From the NCBI GenBank assembly GCA_021613535.1, contig CP075496.1, positions 558,001-622,000 on the forward strand: a stretch of 64,000 bases of DNA, in the 5' to 3' direction. The notes below the pieces were generated by a model that ran no database searches, was not told the origin of the DNA, and saw nothing but the letters and a program-made list of their open reading frames with translations. Below, in pieces: positions 25,270 through 39,800 of the stretch; position 1 is the stretch's first letter, and every line of letters begins with the position of its first letter. Origin of the DNA: Adineta vaga (lineage: Eukaryota; Animalia; Rotifera). Both the position numbers and the translations under genes were made by a program.

Positions 25270-26100
25270 TCAAATTGAAATATAATAGATCATTGCACGA
25301 TTTAAATGCTGAACAATGGGAAAGATTGATACTGAATTTCTACTCAAAATTATCACAGTTTCAATTGAATTATTTACATCGAACGAATACTTTAGGATCA
25401 TTATTAAACGATGATGAATGTTTTAATCCCAGGTCGAAGAATCTGGAACAATCCGACTGGTTCCAGAGTATTCCGAACATTTCATAGAAGCAGTATTAGT
25501 GAGAGCGGATGCGGTGACTGGATTTACCGAGTTTCACCTGGAACTGACCGGAACCTGTTATAAGCGGCAGCCGAATACGATCACCAGATTGTTGCGCCGG
25601 ATTTTAGGCATTTTCCAGCCGGAAAATGAGAGGTTTCCAGCAGGTTTTCGCCGCAATCATTGTCCTGGGATAAATGTAACTCTTTATTTTGGTCAAGTCG
25701 TCATTGGATTACATCATATAAAATCGCTTCTATTTATTTAAATTTCAAAGTATATACATGTAGGTATGTAAAGTAGAAAATTTCATCTTTAATAAAAATA
25801 TTAATTTCTCTTTTTTTTCTATAGACGAAGATTTTGTGAAATAATGAATAATCAAATTCAATATTCTAAATCTAATCCTATTGTATTAAATATTTCATAT
25901 GTTGATATTTTAAAACCTCAATCAATATTACTAACTCTACGATTATTGAAAATGATTACAAAAATTGATGACATATTAATATCTGTAGATATTTCTTTCA
26001 GTGTATTAGTTAAAATTACGGGCATCTTCATTGATTTAATACAATTAAATGTGAAATTAATTACATTTGAAAATGAAAGACATATACCTGACAAAGAATG
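25270..26100 (+). pseudogene. Fragment of an F-box/LRR-type family protein interrupted by a MITE
   Basis: LNAEQWERLI...ECFN | KCNSLFWSSRHW rejoin in frame once the 25428-25669 insert is removed. A GT-AG intron (~25764-25825) follows; the 5' part is missing. Confidence 0.5.
25428..25669. mobile_element. MITE, CCCAGG...CCTGGG termini, AT target duplication
   Basis: AT|cccaggtcga ... ttgtcctggg|AT. GC-rich relative to the flanks. Removing it plus one AT restores the host frame. Confidence 0.85.
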
Positions 26101-26278
26101 GTTCGATTTTGAGGGTGGGTGTTGTTGAAGAAGAGATATTTAGACCTAAACCCTTATCTGAAACTTTTCATTCAGTTCATAAATTTCATTGATAAAATCT
26201 TTTTTCTTTTCTTTGTTGATTCATCACTTTTATCTATAAAAACATGTGTAATGTACATTTCTATTTCTTTTTTAATTC

Positions 26279-26590
26279 AATGGTTTATTCACAAATAATA
26301 AAAAAAGATCCGATTAATAAAATAATCGGTAATTTAACTTCAAATGATATTGATAAACAATTAAGAATTCTTAATCAATCATTTAAATGACTATTTCAAA
26401 AAGAAAAAAAGGTCAATCTCCAACGCATGATTCTCATCACGAAGAAAGAGAACGTTTACCACGTTTTATTGATCATAATGGTGTTCATTGTGGTGTTGCT
26501 TATATGATATTAAAATCTTCTGGTTTTGAACATTTACCAAATGAAATAAATCAAACTTATGAATATTCTTTTATTGATGAAACACAGTTT
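26279..26590 (+). pseudogene. Frameshifted fragment with a PxFIDxxGxxCxVxY motif (bacterial-looking uncharacterised family)
   Basis: RLPRFIDHNGVHCGVAYMI...INQTYEYSFI preceded by a broken frame; coding-like codon use. Confidence 0.4.
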
Positions 26591-26748
26591 CGAAAATGCC
26601 TTCGAAAACCTCTCGCTTAGGTGCTTTTTTTATTCTTTATTTTTCTTGTTTTCGTCAATCAATAAACAATTATTTCGCAAATGTATGTATAATAAGAATT
26701 ATTAGAAATGAAATTCAAAAATTGTCTTCGTAGATTAATGCGTTACAT

Positions 26749-27300
26749 TCAAATAAGACCTTCGCGTGCCAATGAACCCAAATCAGTGATAATTTCTTTG
26801 ATAATTGCTGCATTTAATGCTGCTTTCGAATCAAAGACATATTTGATAAATTCCGTATTTGAAATAAAACTAAAAATAAAGTCAATTCGATCATGTTTTT
26901 CTCGATTTAAACGAATTCCCATAATCATATGCATAAGTTCTTGACATTTTTTACATTTTCTTTGTAACAAAAATCGATCCATAAATATATTATATTCATA
27001 AAGTTCCGCCAGATATGTAAGTAACAAATGAAATGAATTGTTCACGAAATTCTTTCAATAAATTAAGATCATCTTCATTAAATACATTCTTATTATTATA
27101 AAATACTTGTAAATTAATTATTAATTCTATTATTCGTTGTCTTAAATTATCCGCAGTGTGAAGATTTTTAGAAAAATCCTTTGCCAATTCATGAAGATTG
27201 TTTAAAATTCGATTGATATTTTCATTGAGTACGAATTTTGATAAATATATATTTGAAAGTTTTCTAATTGATAAATAAAATTCTTTCGGTTCTTTTCATA
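26749..27300 (-). pseudogene. Frameshifted uncharacterised helical protein remnant
   Basis: Two overlapping ORFs (26996-27187 and 26749-27045) read as one protein across a frameshift. No family recognised. Confidence 0.3.
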
Positions 27301-27738
27301 TTCAAAATTTCTTACTCTAATAAATAAATTTGAGTTTGAACACTGTAACTTAGATCAGAATTCACTGGAGAAATCATTAAGTCATTATCGTCAGTAGTAT
27401 ACATTTCAGAATATGAACACCAATTTGCCAAACCTTTTGTTAAAATAATAGAAAAAAATCAGATTAATGGAATTCTTATAGAATTATAAATGAATTTTTT
27501 ACTAAATAAATATTGTGACCAAGTGTGTTCCATTTTTTATTATTTAAAAACGTCAATACACAAAGACGTGAAACAATATTTTAATAAGAAAAGTATCGAC
27601 AGTGTTTCTTATCAGATATGTTTGTTTCGCAAGATAAGTCTTTCAAAGAAGATCTTATGATGTATTCTTTATTTTCATAGACTAAAGAGAATTTATCAAC
27701 AGTTTCTGTAGATTTATTTGAAATAAAATTCAATTGAA

Positions 27739-28986
27739 TTAACAATTTTTTGTATTTTCATTAATATAAAACAATTGAATTCGATGATTCATTTTTTCAC
27801 TAATAAAAACATTTCCTTGTTTATCCAAAGCTAAACTATAAGGTGAACTTAATTGTTTTGTTTGATTTCCAGGACTAATAATTTCTCCATTTAATTTATT
27901 TGGTGTCCATTTAACAATTCGTTTATTATCCGTATCAGCAATATAAATATTATTATATTGATCAACTTTAACATCCCATGGACTATTTAATTGATTCAAT
28001 GCTTTTCCTTTACCATTTCCACCAGCAACAGTAATACCTTCTTTTGCATCTTTTTTCCACAATTGAATTCGATCATTAAATAAATCAGCAATATAAATAT
28101 TTTCACAATCATCAACAAAAATGCCACGTGGCATTGATAATTGATTTGCATTTTTACCTCCTCGATTTCCTCCTGCAACAATAATACCTTGATTTGTTTG
28201 TTTATTCCATTTAACAACTCGATCATTATAAAAATCGGAAATATATAAAGTATTGGTTTTTTCATGAACAAATAAACCATGAGAAGCACCGATTTGATTT
28301 AATTCTATTCCTTTTCCATTTCCACCAGCAACAGTTATTCCTTCTTTAGCATCTTTTTTCCATAATTGAATTCGACAATTATCATCATCAGAAATATAAA
28401 TATTTTCATCTTTATCAACATAAATAGCACGTGGCATTGATAATTGATTTGAAGCATTTCCTTTCTTATTTCCACCTGCAACAGTTATTCCAACATTATC
28501 TAATGAACCATGTAGAAACTTTTGAATACGATGATTATCTGTATCAGCAACATAAATATTATTTTCATGTTTAGTATCAATAAATAAACCAAATGGTGAA
28601 CCAAGATGTTTAGAATCTGAACCCCATTTTAAATCTTCACCAACAAGAGTAATACCATCAGATAACCATTCACTTGTTTCTCGACAATTTTTTACTTGAT
28701 TATTATAACAAGTCAATGAAGCTAAATTAAAGTAAAATTTATTTCCAAATATTTTTTTTCAAAAAATTTTCATACGTTGAGGAATATTCCAATCACAAAT
28801 ATATTTATCTTGACTCCAAATTAATCCTGATGGACATTGCATTAAAAATGCTGTTCCAAATGAACATTGATAAAATGAATGTTTATCATCTGGATTAGGA
28901 TAATATCCATCTGCAATGCAAACAAATCCATTAACAATCAAATTTAATTGAACAAAAAGAAATCCAATAATCAATAAAATATTCAT
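27739..28986 (-). CDS. Secreted protein: chitin-binding type-2 (CBM14) domain + NHL-repeat beta-propeller; 2 exons, 397 aa
   Basis: Signal peptide, then C..DGYYPNP....FYQC...MQCP.GL.W....CDW. Intron 28722-28775. About six NHL repeats (LxxPxG/AxxVD..NIY(I/V)AD..N.RI, ITVAGGNG.G). Confidence 0.9.
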
Positions 28987-30893
28987 TTTGTCTTTCGAAT
29001 GTAAAAGAAACAAAATGTATCAGTATTTATTCTTAATAAAAAAAAAACCTTTGTCATGATGAAAATGTTCGTATTTATCAATGTATTGATGATTGAAGAT
29101 ATTGAATTACTTTTCAGAGAAAAACAATGACACAGATTGAAGATTAACTTAGAATGATTGAGAAACGAAAGTAATTTTAAGGACATTTGATTTTGAAAAA
29201 TAGATATTAGTTTAATGGCATATCGAGATTTAATTTATTCATATTTTGATAAAATAGTTTGAAAGACAAATATTAATACGAATGGAATTGAGATTTATCA
29301 ACGCTCAACCAAGAAATTTCGATGTAATCGATTGAAATCACATGAAATTTTAGTTTAGTTTTCTCATTTTTATCAGTTCTTTTCCTTTTTACCTAAATAA
29401 TAAGTTCAATTTGTCGGAAAATGTTATAAAAATTCCAATAGTAAAGTGGTTAAATTTGATAAATACTCTTTCAATATAATAAATAAGATCTGTACTCAAC
29501 GAAATGTATTGCAATTTTTTATACTTGCTCAAATCACTAATGAAAGTCTTGTTTTTGTGAAAATATGTTAAAGATACGTCAATTCTTTCAATTTCCATTC
29601 GTTCATCAGATATGGTTCTTTCGAAATAGATATTTTCTTGTACATAGAAATGATAATATGGTTAGCCATCAGAACTCATACTTTTACTATAGCAGATTGA
29701 GTTCAAGTAATGTACATTACCTAGGTTAACTCTCTTCGTGAAATGTAAATACCAAAAAAAAAATTAAAATTTAATACAGAATCGAATGATATATATATTT
29801 TTATTGTAAAATAGTGTTTATAAACATGATTTTTTTTTACCTCGAAATCGTTTGGTTTGTGCAGCCATCTGTAATATTCGTCATATATTTTGTAATGTAT
29901 TGGTGATTATAAATCGTAACTATCTCACTATAAATATATTATAGAAATGTATATACAAACCTGACAAGTTGTTCTATAGGAAAACTTTTTTAATCTATTA
30001 GTCTAAGGTAAGGAAATATATTTGTCACTGATGAGAATGTGTATCTATGCTATTAATTGCACGAAAGAAACGTCTTTTTATCCCTTTGACACACAGTAGA
30101 CCAATAAGAAATTTAATATGTAGCTGATTGTATAGATAGAACTTAAGGGAGATTTATCTTCATGCTCTTAAAAAATACACAAGAAAACTTCGTGATTGAA
30201 AGCGTTAAATGTTTTCTTTTCCTTCAAAAACGTCCTTTACCTTGAAAAGCACACATGTTATGTGTTTATTTTAGTTTCGTTACGATAATAATTCATTATT
30301 GTAAGTTTGGTTTTGTGAAATTTTTTTTCTTAGTTTTACTATTTGATTAGTTAATTATTACATTGCTTTTTCTCCATAATATCTTTCAGAAATTTTAACG
30401 AGAGTAATATACAATTTATCCTAAACATTTTATTTGGAATATTAACTTAAAGAAAATATTTCCGTAATATTTCGAAAAAACTATGTTGTAAATATAATGA
30501 AAAGAATGATAGATGGCGCTATAATTATTTCATCTTTTATAAACACTCTGATAAAAAAAAGGCACGAGATATATTGAAAAAAATATTATTGAGATAGAAT
30601 CTTTTCCGATCTAAATACAAAAGTTGATCATTTCTAAAGTACGTCTTTTTAATCTTAAATTTCGAAATAATTTCTTGTTCTATTTGAATAACTATATATA
30701 ATATGATTTTGTTTTAAATGAATAACTCTATACTTTGTATATCATATATTAATAATCTTCTGAAGAGAAGATTTGCTGTCATATGACTTTTTTTATAGAG
30801 AAATTTTCTGATTAGTAGAACATACATTCTTAGATAATATAGAATATGTTTCTTAGAAAAAATAAAATATTTGATGAATATTTTAGTTATTAA

Positions 30894-33800
30894 ATGGAAA
30901 TGAATGAATCATTAATAAATCATTTATTCCTTCCATATAATCTTCCATGTTCATCTGATGATGATTATTTATTAAAAAAAAATCATGAAAATGAATATAA
31001 ATTACTTGAATATATCAATGAATATTTTGATTTAAATAAATTTATTTATACAAAAGATTTATTTCCTTTTATTGATATCTTTATGACTTCAATTCAACGT
31101 TGGTCAATTTTACAAAATCCTCAAACATTATTCAAATCTCAATTTCGATGTTTTATAGAAGAACTTAAAAGTGGCGATTTTCTTCCTTTATATTTTCATA
31201 ATCAAAATGCATCAATATTAATTGAAATTGATGAAATTAATGATAATAGTCCATTAATATCATCATGGCAAGTTTTATTGTCTCCATCGGAATTGACATC
31301 ATCATTTCAAAATCATTATTCTTATTTTCCAATTGAAAAATATCGTTTATTAAATCGTTCTCAATTAATATCTGATATTCAATGTGAATTATTAATGGAT
31401 TTTATGTTAAATCCAATAGAATATTCGAAATCATATAAATGTTCTTATGAAGTAAATGAAATTCGTGATATACCTCAAAGTCATTATGTATATCAATGGT
31501 GGATTCAACAATTTCAAAAAATTCAAATAGAAAATACTTCAAATAAATTTGTTAAATTTCATAAAAAACATCGTGATCATATTCGATGGAATAATTGTTA
31601 TTTACCATTTCGACGATCAGGTTTATGGATGACAATAAAAGTTATTTTTCAAACAATACTTATGAAACATTTTTCAATCAATGGAAAATTAATTTATAAA
31701 TTATTAATAACACATTTTCTTACTTTTGTTATTTATACAAATAAAAATTTATCAAATGATTTAAAAATATTTTCAATTAGAAAAATTTTAAGACGATTAA
31801 ATAAAATTGATTCAATTATTGATTTGAAAGATTTTAATCAATGGATTTATCAAACCAAAGATGATATTCAAAGAAAAATTCAAGAAATCATACCAAAAAA
31901 TAATTGGCAAATACCTTTTCAACAACAAATCAAGAAAATTTTATCGAAGAAAAACAAAACATTCGATTCTTCCGATATAAATAAACATATGTGTCAGAAA
32001 ATCAAACTATTTATTGAGAATTCAAAATCTAAAACGAATCCAACTGAAATTTCTATTCATCAAAATGATTCAAATGAAATTTATTCAATTGAAACATTAA
32101 TCAATAAATTAAATGAACAATTTTTAATTTATATTGAAATTTGGATGGAAAATCATTTTCAACAATGGTTTTCTTATCAATTGAAAGACAAGAAATTTTT
32201 TGAAAATTTTCTTGAATTTTATGAAAAATATCAAATAAAATCCATGGAATTTTATCAATTAAATTCTAATGATCCAATTGGTTATACAAGATTTCTATTA
32301 ATATCATTAAATATAATAAAAACTTTTCATGAATATTTATGTAATAATATTCGATTTGAACGATTAAAATATCATACAATTCATATTCCTCATTTAAATA
32401 AACTTTTTCAATATTTAATATTACCAAAACGAGATGATATGATCAAAGCTTTTGATCTTTGGAATTATTTTTCAAGATTTAATTCGAAATTTTATCCTGA
32501 TTTATTAAATAATATTGATGATTCAAATGCATTTGGTGTTTATTATGGAAAACATTCGAAAGAAATTAATAATATTATTGAGAAAATACGAATTGATTCT
32601 GAAAAAGAAAAAGAAAAGAAAAGAAAAGAATTTCATGAAGAAAAAGCAAATTATTTAAATTTATTAAATAAATCAAATGAATATATTTGTCAATGTCATT
32701 TAAAATCTTCTTCAAATCAATGTTATCGATGTCAATATAAACGAAAAGCAAATAAAATTCGACTAAAAATTTATGAATGTCCATTACCATTAAATCAAGA
32801 AAAAGCATTAGCTGTTATTTTTGAATTACAAATGCCAATTGAAATTCGAATTTATCGTGATATTCTTTGGTTATTTATTAATCGATTTAATTTAACAGAT
32901 AGAAATCAAAAGAATATTTATCAATGGTTAAATGTTTCTCCTCATTCAATAAAATTAAAACCATTTTCAAATCTTCCACAAAATACAAAAGTTAAATTAA
33001 TTTCATCAACAAAATCAATTTCTCAAAGTCATTATTTTTCGCCTTCAATATCAACATCATGTATTGAAGATTTTATTTATGAAAATACTTTAAAAGTTGA
33101 AATAACTCCAAGTAAACCAATAGATTTTAATGAAGAATCTCATCTATTAACTCCAAAAATAGATCATTCAAAATATAAACAATTAGAATTTACATTAGAA
33201 AATACGGAATTTAATTGCAATGATATTATTGCTCAATCAGTAAATTGTTCATCAGAATTTCAACGAAATGAATTTATTGAATATGGTTCATTTCGATGTG
33301 GTCATTATTTACAATGGTGGAATCTTTTAACAATACTTGAAATGAATTCATTATCAATTAGTGAAGAAAATGTTGTTATATTAATTGTGCATTCGATTTT
33401 TCAATATGGTCCATTTAATGATCAATCTCTTACATTTCCATGGTGTTCTCAATCACATCGACAATTATTAGAAGATGATTTTGTTAAAGAATTTCTTCAA
33501 AGATTACAATATCATTTAGATCAATGTCAATTGAATTGGCAAAATGAATTCGTTTTATTTCTTATTATTATAATTACAATGAGAATATTAAAAATTTCTA
33601 ATGAAAAACAAATTTCTCAATTGGTTTTAATTATTTTTCAATGTCGAAAAATAGCGCAAGAATGGATGGAAATTTTATCGGAAAATTTAGAAAAGATTTC
33701 TTCAATGTCATTGAATGATAAAGATAAAATTCGTATTAAAATGATCAATATTTCGATATCTTATCTTTTAACATTTTCGATTGATAAAGATCAAATAGAA

Positions 33801-36800
33801 TATTTATTATTCTCCAATGAAAATGTTTTATTTTATTTGAAATCAATAAGAATTCTTTCAAATAATCAAAATACAATTGAATTAACTCATTTTACGAAAT
33901 ATATGAAAAGATATTCGGAATATATTTCTATTGAAATTCAACCAATTTTAAATGAATTTTTAGAAGAAACTTCGTATAAAAGTTTAAATGAATTTATAAA
34001 AATAAATTGGACAAATTTTCAAGAACAAGATTTAAAATGGATTAAACGAAATGAAGATATGTTTAATGGATGGTATGATTGTCAATATAAATCAAGATAT
34101 TTATCAATAAATACGATTAATGGAATTATATTAATTGATGATATGACATTAGATTATTTACCAAATATAATAACTTCAAATCAATTATTTCAACATGTTT
34201 TTCAACAATATCATTTTCAAGTTGAACCAACTCAATTACCTTTGACTTATAGAACAAAATTTAAAAATTATCATCAAAAAAATCTTCAATATAAATTTTC
34301 TTATAATGACGAAAAAAAATTGTTGAAAATTTTTGAAAAAAATTGTGAAACAAAAGAAATTTTACAATTAATTCCATTGGATTGTTTTCAAGATGAATTT
34401 CCAGATGAATTTGTTAATAATTATAGTCATTGGTTGAATGAAAAAGAAGGAAAAATATATTTTCGACCAATTGATTTTGAAAATTCTAATTTTTCAAATG
34501 AAATTTCTTTTATATTATCATTAGATGAAGGATATTTAATTAATAAAACAAATGATCAAATTTTAGTTAATCAAACATCAAAATTCTTTGAAAATTTATT
34601 TATTAAATATTTTATTCGTCTTGATGAAAAATCTTTTGTTTATATTATGCAAAATGATACATTTGATAATGAATATATTTATTACATTTATTTATCTCGT
34701 TTAAAACTTCATTTTAAATATGATGATCATAAGAAATTAATTCAATCTTATCAATATCCAAATATGTTTATTGATCAAAATCAATGGTTAGGAACATTAA
34801 CTGGATTAAATTCAACTCTAATTTTATCTACAATTAGAGAAGAAAATCAAATTTTAAATAATTATCCATTCAAAAAAGTTATTATTCCTTTTGGACAAAT
34901 TCAAACAAGAAAAACGAATTATATTGATCATCAAACTGTTATTATAGATCGATCAAATTTATCAAAATCATTTTCTGAAAAATATTTTGTTTATATTATT
35001 CATGAAAGATTAAAAATCCTTCAATCAACTGATACTCCAACAGGATTTCTTTATTTATCATTATTACATGCAATGACATCAAATTGTTTACCAGATGAAT
35101 TTCTTGGTATGACAGGGATGGAACGTTCTTTTCAAATATTAAATTCTTCTTCTTGTTATTCTGCTCAACCATATGATTCTCTTTCATTAAATATATTAAA
35201 TCAAATTGCATTAATTTCACCTCAAGTTAATTATTATCCAACTTATTTAACTTGTATGGAAAATATTCAATGGAATATTAATCATTTATCTTATTCATTA
35301 CAACATTTTGGTTATTATTTACTAGTAAAAGAATTATTTTTAACAAGTCAACAATTTACTTATTTATATCCTCATATAATTTCAAATGAAATTCCTTTAA
35401 TATTTCAAAATAAAATTTCCAATGAAAAATTATTAGTAAAATTATATTTTGATTATCGTCATTCATATAATCCTTTAACTCGATTAAATATTGAAATAAA
35501 AAATGAAAAGTTCATTCGAGACAAAGAATATAAATTATTTTCAAAAGATTTCTCATTTCGTAAGAATTCTTCTTCTTCAATAAATCTATGTAATGATTTA
35601 TATAAACAAGGAAATGTGAATTTAAAAGATTTTTCTGAACAAGATTGTTTATTACCTTTATCTCAATGGTTAACAAATGAAAATCAATTAAAAAATATTT
35701 GGATTGGTTTATTAAAATTAATAATTGATTCGAAAATTCAAAGAAATTTAATTAAACTTGATCGAATAGAAAAATTAATTGAATTTCTTTATTATATATC
35801 TGATCAAATAGAAATCAATCGATTTTATTTAGAAATTCTTGAAACAATATTAAAAATGTCAATTAATTTATGGAAGACAATTTCATTTCCTTTATTTCAA
35901 CAATATTTTATGATTGAAGAAATAAGTTATGAAAAAGAACGAATTGAATTAATAAAATCGTATTCAAAAGGAAAAAAAGAAGAAATTTTTAATGAAATTG
36001 AAGATTGTTGGTTAAATAAAAGAAATTATGAAAATAAAAATCATTTTACAACAATTGATGAAACAAATGAAATTAATAAATTATTTCAAATTTGGAAAGA
36101 TAATTATCAATTACGAATATTTCTTGATTTAATTCAACTTTTTATATCTTCAATTGAAATTGACTATTTTCGTTCTTTTATTTTCTATTCTCCTCAAATA
36201 TTTCTTATTCAATCAATAAGAAAATCTTATCAAATGAAAATTCGATTATCACAAAGATTAATCAATGAAAATTTATTAAAAAAAGCGGAAGAAAAATTTC
36301 ATCATTTTTATTCAGGATTTTTTTCAAAATCAAAACAAATTCTTTTATTAAATAATGAAAATAATGATATTTTTCCATTCGAAAATTTTCAAGAAAATTC
36401 TTTAAATGAAATTGAAATTTATTTTCAAAATCAATTAAAACAAAGTCAATTAAAACTTCAATCTGAGAAAGAAATTTCTTGTCTAAATCCAACAAAAGAA
36501 GAAATTCTTGAATATTTTTATTCTTTACAAAATGAAACGAAACAAATGTGGAATGAATTAAATAAATCAATAGAAGATTCAAATAAAGAATTATTTGATA
36601 TTGGTTTATTTTCTCGAATAATTCCAACAAATCTTTTATCTTATTTTGAAAAATCACGTGAAGAACTTTGTTTAATTGATGAACAAATTATTTTACTTGG
36701 CGGAATTCTTGTTAATTGGATATTAGAACAACAATTTGAAAGAATTTTATTTTATTTAATTAATCAAAACATGGATGAATATGAAAAAGAATTATTAAAT

Positions 36801-39800
36801 ATTTCTCATTCAAATTGGATTCCATCAGAAAATGTTCTTTGGTTAATATTAGAATTAGAAATGAATATAACAATAAGACAAATACAAATTCAAATGATTA
36901 ATCATATTAAACAATCAATAGAATTAAATAAAATAAATAAAAATATTCGAACTTTAATAATACAAATGAATATGGGTGAAGGTAAAACATCTGTTCTTTT
37001 ACCAATGTTAATTCTTTTCTTATCAACATCAAATTTAACATTAATTCGTATTCTTATTTTAAAATCTTTATTTCCAACAAATTATCAATTGTTAAAATAT
37101 AAATTTTGTTCATTAATTAATCGAAAAATCTTTCCATTTACATATTCACGTTCAATGAATATAAATTCAAAAGAAATTCATGAAATTTATAATCGTTTTA
37201 AACAAGCTTTATCTAATTGTGATATTATATTAACAACACCAGAAGATATTCTTTCTTTTCATTTATTAACAATTGATAAATGTGTAGAAAATCAATTTGA
37301 TAATGCACAATCAATGTTAATTATTGAACGATGGATGAAAACATTTATTTGTGATATTTTAGATGAATGTGATGAAATTTTACATGTAAAATATCAATTA
37401 ATTTATACAATTGGTAATCAACAAGATATTGATGGAGGAGAACAACGATGGTTTATCATACAAATAATACTTTCTTTAGTAAAAAAATATATTCAAGATG
37501 TTAAAAATGAATTTAATGAAGAAGTTTATTATAAATTATCAGAAAGAAAAAGTTCTTTTCCGCACATTCGTTTTCAAACATTGAAATCATTTCTTTCATT
37601 AAGTGATAAAATTGTTAATGATTGGATTAATACAAAGAATTATAATGATATTGAAAAACAAGAAATTTATTTCTTTATTTTTAATAAAGAATCATCAATT
37701 GAAAATTTAATTCATCAATATTCTTCTAATGATATTCAATTCTTTCTTATTTTTCGTGCTTTTATTTCGTCGGAGATTTTATTTTTTGCTTTAAAAAAAC
37801 GTTATCGTGTTAATTATGGAATTCATACGAATTCATCATTAAATCGCTTAATGGCTGTACCATTTCGAGCAAAAGATGTTCCAACGGATAAAACAGAATT
37901 TGCTCATCCAGATTTAGCAATTTTATTAACACAATTTTCTTATTATTATTCTGGTTTAACAATTCAACAATTTCTTCAATGTTTAAATCATTTAAATGAA
38001 AAATCTAATGAATCTTCAATCATTTTTCATCAATGGATTAATTATGAAGATGATCAATCAATATCAAATGATATTAAAATATATTTTAATGATTATCAAA
38101 CACGTATTTATGTTCTTTATCCAATTTTACGATTTAATATGTTAGTTATTAATTATTATTTAAATCATTTTGTTTATCCTCAAGAAATGAAACAATATTC
38201 AAATAAAATCATTGCATCATCATGGGATTTATCTTCATCGATTCGATCACATATGACTATTGGATTTAGTGGAACAAGTGATACACAATTATTACTTCCA
38301 ATTTATGTTCAACAATATAATTTATCACAATTAGATAAAACTGATGCAATTGTTTTAAATAATTTATTTCAATGTCAAAATGAAAATTATCATACTTTAT
38401 CAATAAATGCAAATTCAGATGATATTCTTCAAGAAATTGTCAATTCAAAACAAATGATCAATGTTATTTTAGATGTCGGAGCATTATTTCTTGATGGAAA
38501 TAATCGTGATATAGCTTTAAAATGGTTAAATTTATCTGATAAAAACAAAATTTGTTATGTCGTTTATTTTGAATCTGATTTAATTTATGTATGTAATCGT
38601 TCCAATCAAGAACAATTATTTGTCACATCAAGTGCAAGTGAAAGATTCGATGAATGTTTATTTTATTTAGATGAAATTCATACACGTGGAAGTGATTTTA
38701 AATTTCCAAAAGGTTTTCATGCAGCAGTTACATTAGGTAATGATTTAACAAAAGATCGTTTTGTTCAAGCTTGTATGAGAATGAGAAAATTAGGTAATGG
38801 ACATTCTTTAACATTTTGGAGTTCTTTTGAAGTTCATCAACAAATTCAAAAGAATGAACAAATTCATTTAATTGATATTCTTCGTTGGCTTTATAAAAAT
38901 ACAATTGAATCAACTTGGGATAATTTATATCATTGGATAATACAAAGTTTAAGTTTTCAAAAGAAAATTCAAGGATTTCGACAAATTCAATGGAATAATT
39001 GTGAACAAATCTTTACAGGAATGATCATAAAACAAATCGCAAGAAAATGTTCACAAACAGAATTGATTGATTTAAAAAATATGTATGGAAAGAAAAGAAT
39101 TTTTGAAACACTTGAAGAAATTTATTTAAAATATTCTGAAGAAATCAAAGAAGATTTATCAAATGATATTCATGAATTTGTTTTAAATAGATTAAAAAAT
39201 TATTGTGGAAAGAAAAAACGTTTAAGACAAGTTTTAAATGAAGAATATCAAAGAGAAATTCAACAAGAAATACAAGAAGAAAAACAATTGAAATATTTGA
39301 CAAATTTCAAATCATTTCAACCAATTTTACATGAAAAAATTCTTCAATTATTTCATTCAGATATTCAATTAGATTTATCTCAATATCCTTCTGTTTTTCA
39401 ACGATTATCATTTGCTTTTAATCAAACAACATTTCAATTTAATCATTGGAAAAATAATTTATGGATTTCAACAGAATTTCAACGAACAATTTATTCTAAA
39501 CAAGATAATTTAGATTTATTTTTACGTCCTCCACGTTGGATTATTGTTTATCGAAAAGAATATCTAATTTTTATAAGTCCTTTTGAAGCAAATCATTTCA
39601 TCAATTATATTAATTCATGTTCTCAAACAACTCGATCAATGACAACATTACGTTTATTCTTACCTCGTATTCGTGAACATCAATCAATATTTATCAATAC
39701 TTCATCATTAATTATTCCTTCGATAAATAATGCTTTTCATTTTAATATTTTATTAGAAGATTTAATTGAATTATTTCTTTTTAATGGAAATCTTTTTTTT

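Noticed and set aside
27760-28600. Nucleotide-level repeats as a possible array
   Set aside because: Fully explained by the protein NHL repeats.
29389-29700. Possible small gene on the minus strand
   Set aside because: In-frame stop upstream and no recognisable motif.
32575-38913. Antisense ORFs inside the giant gene, and shadow ORFs such as 13521, 27996, 40519, 44087, 45535 and 52425
   Set aside because: Off-frame or antisense by-products of AT-rich codon bias in real genes.
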